The notes under the pieces were generated by a model. The model was given only the letters and a program-made list of their open reading frames with translations, searched no databases and was not told where the DNA came from. 32,000 bases of DNA from positions 3,420,001 through 3,452,000 of the forward strand of contig NZ_CP064923.1 in NCBI RefSeq assembly GCF_018336915.1, read 5' to 3'. A program made the translations under genes and the position numbers. Shown here piece after piece: positions 9,612 through 18,000 of this stretch. Position 1 is the first letter of the stretch. Each line of letters starts with the position of its first letter. The stretch is from Acaryochloris marina S15 (GTDB lineage: Bacteria; Cyanobacteriota; Cyanobacteriia; Thermosynechococcales; Thermosynechococcaceae).

Positions 9612-11207
9612 ATGCCTGCCATCCGCCATCGAGCAAGACTAGTTCTCGCCTTAGTGAGTATTGCGTTAACGCTGCTCTTGCATTTTTCTAGCTTCGCTCA
9701 AATTCCCCCCACCGTTCCTGAGTCCCTCCCCCCACAGCCGCTGATTATTCCCAGCCTTTCAAATCCGCTGGTCTCCGATTGGATTTGGTTAGATGGTCGT
9801 CGTCTTTTCAAAGTTGCCGCCACCAAAGGTAATTTATCTGAACGAACTCAAGCGGTACAGGAGAGTTTAGAGGCAATCAAACGCAGTTATCTCCGCTCAG
9901 GCTCAATCGAGCCCAGGGTAGAAATCAGAACCAGCAATAACCTGCCGGTGATTTTTGCCGAGGATCAGCATTTATTGACCATCACTACCCTCGATGCTGA
10001 ACTACGGGGCATTGAAATCACAGTCTTAGATGACCAAATCAAATCTACGGTAGAGAGGGCCTTAAAAAGCTCTAGATCCGAGCGCGAACCCCAATTTTTG
10101 CAACAGCAGGTCATTATTGCAGGCGGTGTAATCAGTCTTGCCATTCTGTTGAATCGCCTTGTCCACCTTTGGCAGCGTCGATTAAAACGCCCTGCCAAAG
10201 CCATCGCAGCCCCTAAAACCGATGGGACCAAACAGCTTCCCCCCGTTCAGTTCTGGATCGGTTTCAAGGGGATTTTGTACCAAGTTCTCAGTATTCTGCA
10301 AATCTCGATGGGGTTGATCGGCCTCCTGATCTGCTTGGATTTGTTTCCCTACACCCGCCCCATCAACATTTTGTTGCTCAAGGGTCTCCCCATTCCCCTG
10401 ACCTTGACCGGCGTCGGATTGGCCACCTACCTACTGATCCGCCTGAGTTGGGCCTTTGTTAATCGCTTTGCCCTAGCTTTAACCGTCACCCCCTTCCTTA
10501 CACCAATAGCCTCACGGCGGACGCTGCTGAGAATCTCCACCATTGCCAATGTGCTCAAAGGATTTGCGGTCCCTGTCTGGATCGGTATTGGCGTGATTGT
10601 GGCCTTAATCCTCTTACAAGTAGATGTTGGCCCCTTGCTGGCCGGGGTGGGTTTAGTAGGTGTCGCCATCTCCCTTGCCTCCCAAAGCATTATTAAAGAT
10701 GCCCTAAATGGCTTCTTGGTGATTGTGGAAGATCAGTTTGGAGTGGGCGATGTGATTCAAGTCGGTGAGTATACCGGCGTAGTCGAAACCTTAAACTTGC
10801 GTATGACCCAAATTCGCAATGCCGAAGGACAACTAATCACCATCCCCAATAGTGAAATTCGCGTTGTTGCCAACCTCTCTAGCGAATGGTCACGGGTCGA
10901 TCTCGACATTCCCATTCCCTACCCTGCTGACGTGGATCAAATGCTGGCTCTGATCCAGACAACCGCACAGGCCATGGCTGCTGAACCAGATTGGGAAAAA
11001 CATATTCTGGAACCACCACAACTAATGGGCGTTGATGATTTTGATCATCGAGGTCCCGTTGTGAAAGTTTGGATTAAAACACAACCGCTTCAACAATGGG
11101 CTGTATCTAGAGAGCTGCGCCGCCGATTAAAGATAGCGTTTGATGAAGCAGATATTGCCATTCCCGTTCCCCAACATCAACTATGGCTACATCGACCTCG
11201 TTCTTGA
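9612..11207 (+). CDS. Mechanosensitive ion channel family protein (MscS-like)
   Basis: 531-aa ORF with a signal/TM N-terminus, multiple TM helices, and the MscS core SIIKDALNGFLVIVEDQFGVGDVIQVGEYTGVVETLNLRMTQIRNAEGQLITIPNSEI. Confidence 0.85.
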   Translation: MPAIRHRARLVLALVSIALTLLLHFSSFAQIPPTVPESLPPQPLIIPSLSNPLVSDWIWLDGRRLFKVAATKGNLSERTQAVQESLEAIKRSYLRSGSIEPRVEIRTSNNLPVIFAEDQHLLTITTLDAELRGIEITVLDDQIKSTVERALKSSRSEREPQFLQQQVIIAGGVISLAILLNRLVHLWQRRLKRPAKAIAAPKTDGTKQLPPVQFWIGFKGILYQVLSILQISMGLIGLLICLDLFPYTRPINILLLKGLPIPLTLTGVGLATYLLIRLSWAFVNRFALALTVTPFLTPIASRRTLLRISTIANVLKGFAVPVWIGIGVIVALILLQVDVGPLLAGVGLVGVAISLASQSIIKDALNGFLVIVEDQFGVGDVIQVGEYTGVVETLNLRMTQIRNAEGQLITIPNSEIRVVANLSSEWSRVDLDIPIPYPADVDQMLALIQTTAQAMAAEPDWEKHILEPPQLMGVDDFDHRGPVVKVWIKTQPLQQWAVSRELRRRLKIAFDEADIAIPVPQHQLWLHRPRS

Positions 11208-11407
11208 AGATATCGGAAATAGAAAATTATCACTAAAACCATTCATTTGAAGAGGACTTTAATGAAGCGTGATCCTTTAACCAGATTATGGTTCGACTGA
11301 TCTCACTGTCATCATTTCAATCCTCAGCGCAGAATATTGACCGTTGGTGATTGAGTGCTATAAGCAACCCAAATGATGGCTTTATCACAGTCTAAAGGGA
11401 GTGCTCC

Positions 11408-11435
11408 ATTTTATAACGAACATATGTTATAAAAT
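11408..11435. promoter_or_regulatory. Candidate TetR operator: perfect 10-bp inverted repeat
   Basis: attttataac (11408-11417) and gttataaaat (11426-11435) are exact reverse complements separated by 8 bp (gaacatat). The repeat ends 32 nt upstream of the TetR gene ATG at 11468. Confidence 0.45.
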
Positions 11436-11467
11436 AAATAGTTCACATCATACTAACGCTGTCGCCC

Positions 11468-12055
11468 ATGCCGAAAGTTGTTGATCGGGTCCAGTACCGC
11501 AAAGAGTTGCTAAATGGCTGTATTGAACTCTTCGCTCAAAAGGGCTACGGTTCAATCACCATGCGGCAGATTGCAGAAGGGTTAAAGGTTTCAACCGGAA
11601 CGCTGTACCACTACTTCGACAGCAAGGAAGCCATCTTTATGCAGCTTGTTCAGGAGCTGTGTGAGCAGGATATCTCCCGATTCTTTGCCCAAGCCCCTGA
11701 GGCAGACACTTTAGAAGCTCGCCTACAGGCTGTTATGGATTTCGTGTTGAAGAACCTGCAGTACTACCAGCAGCAGATGCTGTTGTGGGTCGATTTTTTC
11801 CAACAAACTCGAACAGGGAACGATCAGGAACTTCAGTTCTTGCGTCAGATCTGGAATGGAACTCGTGACGCAACAGTAGATTATCTACAGCTCCCCAATA
11901 CAGAGCTAGCCGACTTTCTGATGATTTTTATCGATGGTCTGATTATTCAGTACATCTACAACCGAGGCATTGAAGATGCCGACTGGTTACACTCCCAAAG
12001 TCAACTTATGATCCAGATGGTCCTCAGCCATGAACAGTTGTCCGCTCAAACTTAA
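11468..12055 (+). CDS. TetR/AcrR family transcriptional regulator
   Basis: 195-aa ORF with an N-terminal TetR HTH (GYGSITMRQIAEGLKVSTGTLYHYFDSKEAIF). It overlaps the next gene by 26 nt. Confidence 0.85.
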   Translation: MPKVVDRVQYRKELLNGCIELFAQKGYGSITMRQIAEGLKVSTGTLYHYFDSKEAIFMQLVQELCEQDISRFFAQAPEADTLEARLQAVMDFVLKNLQYYQQQMLLWVDFFQQTRTGNDQELQFLRQIWNGTRDATVDYLQLPNTELADFLMIFIDGLIIQYIYNRGIEDADWLHSQSQLMIQMVLSHEQLSAQT

Positions 12056-13331
12056 ACCCAAGCCATGGTTAATTGGTACGTTGATTGCAGCTATCGCAGC
12101 TAGTGGGGGCATTGTCTTTGTCGGCTTGGCCCAAAGTGATTGGCAAGGGACCAGTCCCTCAGACTCCAGTAGCCTACAACCCTCGATCCTGCCAAATGTT
12201 GCAGCTTTAGGCCGACTCGAACCTACGGGGGAGATTGTCAAAGTCGCTGCCCCTCTAGCCCTAGACGGAGATCGCCTCACAGAACTCAAGGTTAAACTGG
12301 GCGATACGATACAGGCTGGTGATCCCATTGCTGTTTTGGATTCCCGCGATCGCCTGCTAGATGAGGTGGCCCAAGCCCAAGCTCAACTCCGGGTCACCCA
12401 GGTGAAGTTAGCCCAAGTGCAGGCAGGGGCAAAACCTGGAGCCATCAATGCTCAAAGAGCAACCGTATCTCAACAATCTGCAGAGGCGACAGGGCAACTG
12501 CGGATTCAGCGGCAAACTATTGCTCGTCTAGAAGCCCAGTACGAGGGCGATCGCACTGCCCAAACAGCAGCAGTCCAACGACTAGCAGCGGAACTCCGCA
12601 CCGCTCAGAAGGAACTGGCTCGTTACCAATCCCTTTATCAAGCAGGGGCTGTTTCTGCATCCCTATTTGATAGTAAGCAGTTGAGTGTAGACACGACCCA
12701 GCAAGCCTTGAAACAGGCCACTGCAGAACTTTCCCGCACCGATGGGATTGCCCAACGTCGTCTTCGGGAAGCCCAGGCTGAGCTGGGTCGTCTTGAAAGT
12801 ACTGGACAAGCTCAGGTGGCAACCGCACGGTCCCGATTAGCGGAAGTGGCAGAAGTCCGATCAGTGGATATCCAAATGGCTCAAGCGGAGGTTAATGCGG
12901 CCCAAGTATCTCTAACCAAGGCCAAAAAAAATCTGGCTCGCGCCACCATTAAAGCGCCCAGTGATGGGCAAATTCTCCAAATCTACACCCGACCCGGTGA
13001 GCAAATGAGTAGTGATGGCATCGTCGCCTTAGGGCAAACGGCACAGATGCTGGTGATCGCTGAGGTCTATCAAAGCGATATTCATCGCGTTCAGGTGGGA
13101 CAGGCTGCAACGATTCGCGGGCAAGGGTTTACTGGTGAATTAAAAGGCAAAGTGGTGGAGCTGGGACGCCAAATTAGTCGTCAACAGGTCTTTAGTGGTG
13201 ACCCAGGCGAAAATCTGGATCGCCGAGTCGTGGAAGTGAAGATTGCCCTCAATCCAACAGACAGCCAGCAGGTGGCCAATCTCAGCAATTTGCAGGTGCA
13301 GACGGTGATCCAAATTTCAGATGAGTCTTAA
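12030..13331 (+). CDS. devB: ABC exporter membrane fusion protein, DevB/HlyD family
   Basis: 433-aa ORF with an N-terminal TM helix, the motif ALGRLEPTGEIVKVAAP, a long Ala/Gln-rich coiled-coil, and a C-terminal beta-barrel region (IKAPSDGQILQIYTRPGE). This is typical of DevB-type adaptors. It is one of many cyanobacterial paralogues, so it need not be the heterocyst devB. Confidence 0.8.
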   Translation: MNSCPLKLKPKPWLIGTLIAAIAASGGIVFVGLAQSDWQGTSPSDSSSLQPSILPNVAALGRLEPTGEIVKVAAPLALDGDRLTELKVKLGDTIQAGDPIAVLDSRDRLLDEVAQAQAQLRVTQVKLAQVQAGAKPGAINAQRATVSQQSAEATGQLRIQRQTIARLEAQYEGDRTAQTAAVQRLAAELRTAQKELARYQSLYQAGAVSASLFDSKQLSVDTTQQALKQATAELSRTDGIAQRRLREAQAELGRLESTGQAQVATARSRLAEVAEVRSVDIQMAQAEVNAAQVSLTKAKKNLARATIKAPSDGQILQIYTRPGEQMSSDGIVALGQTAQMLVIAEVYQSDIHRVQVGQAATIRGQGFTGELKGKVVELGRQISRQQVFSGDPGENLDRRVVEVKIALNPTDSQQVANLSNLQVQTVIQISDES

Positions 13332-13368
13332 TTTGGCATTTTTTATAACGAACGTTTGATTTTGGAAA

Positions 13369-14568
13369 ATGGCCATGAACAGATTGAGTCTTAGCAAGTG
13401 GAAACGGCCCAAGTTTCTGAAGCGAACGCCCCTAGCCTGGCAACAGGTGACCCGAGAGCGCACTCGGTTACTCGTTGCGATCGCAGGGATTGCCTTCGCC
13501 GATATGTTGATTTTTATCCAGATGGGGTTTGAGGGAGCCTTATTCGACGCTGCCATTCAGCCCCACCGCAATCTGCAGGCAGATCTGGTCTTAACCAATC
13601 CCCAAATGCAGACCCTGTTTTCCGTGAAGGCTTTTCCTCGGGCGCGCCTGTTTCAGACCCTGGCCCATCCCCAGGTGAAATCCGTTAATGGGGTCTATGT
13701 AGCTACAGGGCAGTGGAAGAATCCCGAAACCAAACGAGAGCGAGCCATTTTGGTCTGGGGTATTGACCCGGCAGAACCTTCCTTTAAATTTCCAGACGTG
13801 ACGAATAATCAGGATAAGATTCAGCCTCTGCATCGAGTCTTGTTTGATCAGGCCGGACGGCCAGAATATGGATTTACGACGAGTGCGTTTGAGCAAAAGG
13901 GCCATTTCTCCGCCGAACTGAATAACAAGTTAATTCAGGTAGATGGTGTCTTTACAAACGGGGCGTCCTTTGCAGCCGATGGCAACGTGATTGCCAGTGA
14001 TTCTACTTTTCTACAGCTGTTTCCCAACCGTAGCCCGGAACAGATTGAGGTAGGGCTGATTCAGCTTCAACCGGGGGCTAACGTGGCACAGGTGCGAGCC
14101 GATTTAGAAGCCCTCTTGCCCGACGATGTCTTGATTGGCACCACCGAAGACTTTGCCCAAATCGAACGGGATTACTGGGCGAACGGCACGGGGATTGGCT
14201 TTATTTTTGGCCTGGGAGTGGGGGTTGGCTTTATTGTCGGCATCGTCATTGTCTATCAGATTCTCTATGCCGATGTATCTGAGCATTTGCCAGAATATGC
14301 CACTTTGAAAGCCATGGGCTACACCGACAACTATTTATTGGGGATGTTGATCCAAGAAGCCCTACTTCTAGCTTTTCTCGGATATTTACCCAGTGTGGGA
14401 TTAGCCTTAGGGCTTTATCAGCTAGCCTTTGCGGCAACCATGCTGCCTATTTCAATGACTGCCCAAAGAGCCGTCACCGTTTTGATCATGACCATTCTAA
14501 TGTGCTCCATGTCGGGGGCCATTGCCATGCGCAAACTCAGGGCCGCTGATCCAGCCGATATTTTTTAG
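13369..14568 (+). CDS. devC: ABC exporter permease, DevC family (FtsX-like)
   Basis: 399-aa ORF. The N-terminus PLAWQQVTRERTRLLVAIAGIAFADMLIFIQMGF is characteristic of DevC, and the C-terminus has an FtsX-type 3-TM bundle. Confidence 0.85.
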   Translation: MAMNRLSLSKWKRPKFLKRTPLAWQQVTRERTRLLVAIAGIAFADMLIFIQMGFEGALFDAAIQPHRNLQADLVLTNPQMQTLFSVKAFPRARLFQTLAHPQVKSVNGVYVATGQWKNPETKRERAILVWGIDPAEPSFKFPDVTNNQDKIQPLHRVLFDQAGRPEYGFTTSAFEQKGHFSAELNNKLIQVDGVFTNGASFAADGNVIASDSTFLQLFPNRSPEQIEVGLIQLQPGANVAQVRADLEALLPDDVLIGTTEDFAQIERDYWANGTGIGFIFGLGVGVGFIVGIVIVYQILYADVSEHLPEYATLKAMGYTDNYLLGMLIQEALLLAFLGYLPSVGLALGLYQLAFAATMLPISMTAQRAVTVLIMTILMCSMSGAIAMRKLRAADPADIF

Positions 14569-14589
14569 TCCTCTCTATCCAGCCTGATT

Positions 14590-15300
14590 ATGAACCTGAT
14601 TTCTATTGCCGAAAATCTTTGGACCGTCACCCAACCCTTCAGCTATCTAGGATTAGAAATCGGTACTCGCATGGTCGTTGTCCGACTGGGTCAGGGAGAA
14701 CTGATGCTGATTTCCCCCATTCAGCTCCAGGCCAAGGATTGCTCAAGTCTTGATGGATTGGGTACTGTTTGCCATCTGATTGCCCCAAACCAATTCCATC
14801 ATCTGTACTTGAGCCAAGCTCAAGCACTCTATCCAGATGCCACCACCTGGGGCGTCGAAGGGTTAGCCGAAAAATGTCCTGATCTAAGGCTGGATAGTTT
14901 GCTGAACAACAGTGGCATCTTTGGAGAGGAATTAGAATACCTCCCGTTTAAGGGATTTGGAGCTCTTTTACCCCGAGGTATTTGTCTCGCCCATGAAACT
15001 GTCTTTTGGCATCGGCCCAGTCGCAGCTTGATTCTAACGGATACCTCGTTTCATTTTGATGAGACTTATCCGTGGGTCACGCAGTTAGCGGCACGGGTTA
15101 TGGGCTCTTACCAAGTATTGAAACCGTCCTACTTCGAGAAATGGGGCAGCCGCGATAAAGCCCAGGTGAAAGCTTCTGTCCATCAAGTGTTGGCGTGGGA
15201 TTTTGATCGGGTCATTACGGCCCACGGCAGCATCGTCGAAACTGATGGCAAGGCTCAATTCACAGCGGGCTTTGAGTGGTTGCTGGAAAAAACCCTATAG
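14590..15300 (+). CDS. DUF4336 domain protein (metallo-beta-lactamase-fold-like), between devC and devA
   Basis: 236-aa ORF. NLWTVTQPFSYLGLEIGTRMVVVRL...LISP...LIAPNQFHHLYL matches my memory of DUF4336. It is on the same strand as its neighbours, with 21-nt gaps on both sides. Confidence 0.6.
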   Translation: MNLISIAENLWTVTQPFSYLGLEIGTRMVVVRLGQGELMLISPIQLQAKDCSSLDGLGTVCHLIAPNQFHHLYLSQAQALYPDATTWGVEGLAEKCPDLRLDSLLNNSGIFGEELEYLPFKGFGALLPRGICLAHETVFWHRPSRSLILTDTSFHFDETYPWVTQLAARVMGSYQVLKPSYFEKWGSRDKAQVKASVHQVLAWDFDRVITAHGSIVETDGKAQFTAGFEWLLEKTL

Positions 15301-15321
15301 CACCTTGCTTTTTGTTCTGGA

Positions 15322-16056
15322 GTGATTTTCATGTCTAACGTCATTATTGCCCACCAACTCAACCATTCCTTTGGCGAAGGTCAGCTTCAGAAGCAGGTCT
15401 TATTCGATATTAATCTGGAGATTCAAACTGGCGAAATTGTTATTCTCACCGGGCCTTCGGGATCTGGGAAGACAACCCTTCTAACCTTATTGGGGGGCTT
15501 AAGAGCAGCCCAAAGCGGCAGCCTCAAGATTCTGGACCAGGAAATGCTGGGAGCCTCGAAACAGCAATTGAGCCAGCTTCGCTGCCATATCGGCTATATC
15601 TTTCAGGCCCACAATCTGATGAGCTTTCTCACCGCCAAGCAAAATGTGCGCATGTCCCTGGAGTTACATGACCATTTTTTGGAGCAAGACTTGGATGCGA
15701 TCGCATCCAACATACTCAGCGCAGTCGGCGTAGAAGACCGCACCAACTACTACCCCGACGAACTCTCCGGGGGACAGCGTCAGCGAGTCGCCATTGCTCG
15801 GGCTTTAGCTAGCCATCCCAAAATTATCCTGGCGGATGAACCCACTGCCGCGCTGGATAAAAAATCAGGACGAGACGTGGTAGAGATTATGCAACAACTC
15901 GCCCGAGAACAGGACTGCACCATTCTCCTCGTCACCCACGACAACCGAATTTTAGACATTGCCGATCGGATTATCTACATGGAAGATGGACGTTTAGCTC
16001 CCCTGCCACCGATGGAGGAAGGTGTCTCTGACCTACCTCCCAGCATCGCAGCTTAG
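15322..16056 (+). CDS. devA: ABC exporter ATP-binding subunit, DevA family
   Basis: 244-aa ORF (GTG at 15322; likely ATG at 15331, MSNVIIAH). It has Walker A GPSGSGKTT, the ABC signature LSGGQRQRVAIARAL, Walker B ILADEPT, and the DevA-typical LNHSFGEGQLQKQVLFDINLEI. Confidence 0.9.
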   Translation: MIFMSNVIIAHQLNHSFGEGQLQKQVLFDINLEIQTGEIVILTGPSGSGKTTLLTLLGGLRAAQSGSLKILDQEMLGASKQQLSQLRCHIGYIFQAHNLMSFLTAKQNVRMSLELHDHFLEQDLDAIASNILSAVGVEDRTNYYPDELSGGQRQRVAIARALASHPKIILADEPTAALDKKSGRDVVEIMQQLAREQDCTILLVTHDNRILDIADRIIYMEDGRLAPLPPMEEGVSDLPPSIAA

Positions 16057-16207
16057 ATTATGGCAGTAAGTTTTTTGGGTAGTCTTCTATTATGTAGGAG
16101 CACATTGTAAACATCCAAATTACTCCGAGATGATTGTCAAACTTTTTGAAAAGCGGCAAGGCCATTATTTCTCTTTTGCATTTGATGGTAATAGTGCTGT
16201 GCTTCCG

Positions 16208-17494
16208 CTAATAAGGAGAATTTTCAAGCAGCTTTTCGAGCTTACCAAGCTGTTCTTGTAGTGTATCGGCCATCCATGCTTCTGGTGCTTCTTCTATTGC
16301 TTGCTTCTGTTGCAACTTAGCACGGGTCGTCTCTCCGGTACCTAAAAATGCCTCGACCAAAGTTGCTCGTAGCCAGAAGAGCTGCTCACGATCAATTTCA
16401 CCTTCGTCGTTTTTGACACCGGCATCTAGCTGCACTTCACACAATTTGATGATTTGATGGCGCACTCGCTGGGCCCAAACAAAATCTGCAATGGCGTTCG
16501 GTATGTCAATAGACTGACTGGCACGAACATTGAGCATAAAGGAGTAATTGATTCCATTATAATGGTCATCCCTCAAATAGAAACCTTTGCCGTAGAAGTA
16601 GATTGACTTGTCAAGGTCCTCGGATTTGCCTTCCAATTCCCACAGCCGTTTGTGGATGGCGCCACAAATGCCGAGAGTCTCGGGATCTTTGGTCGTCTGG
16701 GGATGGAGCACCTCACAAATACTCTGCGCTTCCTCCAAAGCACTCTTAAGATCTGGCTTCTTGCTTTTGTAGGTGGCAAGAGCAAGCTGTTGTAAGATAA
16801 AAGGCTCCCCTGGCAGTTTTGTCTTGAGTTGATCCAATGCCAGCTTCGCTCCCGCCCAGTTGGAAGTGCCCCGAGCTTGGTAGAACATATCCATGAGTAG
16901 GCTTACAGTTTTATCTTCAACAGGCGTAGTCTGTGCTACCGAGATAGCCGGAGAGATTGCGGCTTCAACAATGGTCGGCCCTCGAAGCGAAGGAAGAAAT
17001 GTATAGACCGGACTGTCTGACTCTTTCTTTTCTATAAGCACCTGGATAGCTTTCTTCAGCTCTTTTCGGGTAGTTTCGGCATCCTCAGCATCGATCCCAG
17101 CACCGAGGTGGTTATAAGGTCGGACCAGTAAATGTCCGATATCGAAGGGAAACTTGAAATTCTTTTCGGCGATTACGATGGTTGTGTGCGGCCGGAGTGC
17201 GTGGCGTACTCCTAACTCGTAAATTGCGTTGGCGTTAGATGTAGAGAGATCAGCAACTACGACGTCGGCACCTAGCAGAAGTTCATACATTGGCTTGTCG
17301 ATAATTCCTGCATGAATGACATCATCCGCACGAATACATTCGAGGCCAGCCTCTTCCACAGCCCTCTTGATAATAATGCGATAAGACTTATCAAGATCGT
17401 AAGTCTTCTGTTGTTGGAAATCGGTCTTCACGCCAAATCCCATGACGACAAAACAGGTCTTCTTGACTATCTTTGCTGTTGTTTCTGACATCAT
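16208..17494 (-). CDS. Nucleoside 2-deoxyribosyltransferase/TIR-like N-terminal domain fused to an ASK1-type TPR-like helical region (DUF4071 / MAP3K TRAFs-binding-like)
   Basis: 428-aa ORF with clean ends. The N-terminal Rossmannoid pattern is CFVVMGFGVKTD ... GADVVVADLSTSNANAIYELGVRHAL (Glu93 at nt 17216-17218). The C-terminal helical part contains ETLGICGAIHKRLWELEG...SIYFYGKGFYLRDDHYNGINYSFMLNV. That it is a real gene is near certain; the domain calls come from motif memory. Confidence 0.6.
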   Translation of the reverse strand: MMSETTAKIVKKTCFVVMGFGVKTDFQQQKTYDLDKSYRIIIKRAVEEAGLECIRADDVIHAGIIDKPMYELLLGADVVVADLSTSNANAIYELGVRHALRPHTTIVIAEKNFKFPFDIGHLLVRPYNHLGAGIDAEDAETTRKELKKAIQVLIEKKESDSPVYTFLPSLRGPTIVEAAISPAISVAQTTPVEDKTVSLLMDMFYQARGTSNWAGAKLALDQLKTKLPGEPFILQQLALATYKSKKPDLKSALEEAQSICEVLHPQTTKDPETLGICGAIHKRLWELEGKSEDLDKSIYFYGKGFYLRDDHYNGINYSFMLNVRASQSIDIPNAIADFVWAQRVRHQIIKLCEVQLDAGVKNDEGEIDREQLFWLRATLVEAFLGTGETTRAKLQQKQAIEEAPEAWMADTLQEQLGKLEKLLENSPY

Positions 17495-18000
17495 TTTCCT
17501 TCGATATTCATTTTTTCACAGAGGGGAAAATCCTGAGAATTGCTGTGCTGAGACTCAAAATTATTCTTAGTAAGTTTATCTTAGATAACCTGAGTTCGGA
17601 ATAAAGCAATACGAGAAATCTTTTGCAGGTATACGGTGGAGGGAATCAACTGTGAGCTAAATAACTCGTTATTGATAATCAGTCCATTTTATTCAGAATA
17701 ATCTCTATAATGGAGCTTATCTGCACACGTCTAAACAAAGAGAAAATCATAGAGAATGCAAAATCAATAGTTTCAGAGATTGCTTATCCTGAACTCAGGG
17801 TTGGATAGCTCAATACAGAACAAAAACTTGGAAGCATAGGTATTTAGGGATTGTTGACTGTACTTTATATTTATGAAATTCACTACACCATTTTTGTCCT
17901 GTACTGAACTCAAACCCTTATTTCTTCCTTATGAAAACCCAAATTTTGGTATCCTGGCTCTTCTCTTAATATTTCCAGTTAGAGCAAGGAGTTCTGACGC

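Noticed and set aside
17710-17808. 32-codon plus-strand ORF (MELICTRLNKEKIIENAKSIVSEIAYPELRVG) divergent from the NDT/DUF4071-like gene, considered as a small partner or antitoxin
   Set aside because: It has no ribosome-binding context and no recognisable motif, and its length is within chance expectation for AT-rich DNA. It is worth rechecking only if conserved next to homologues.
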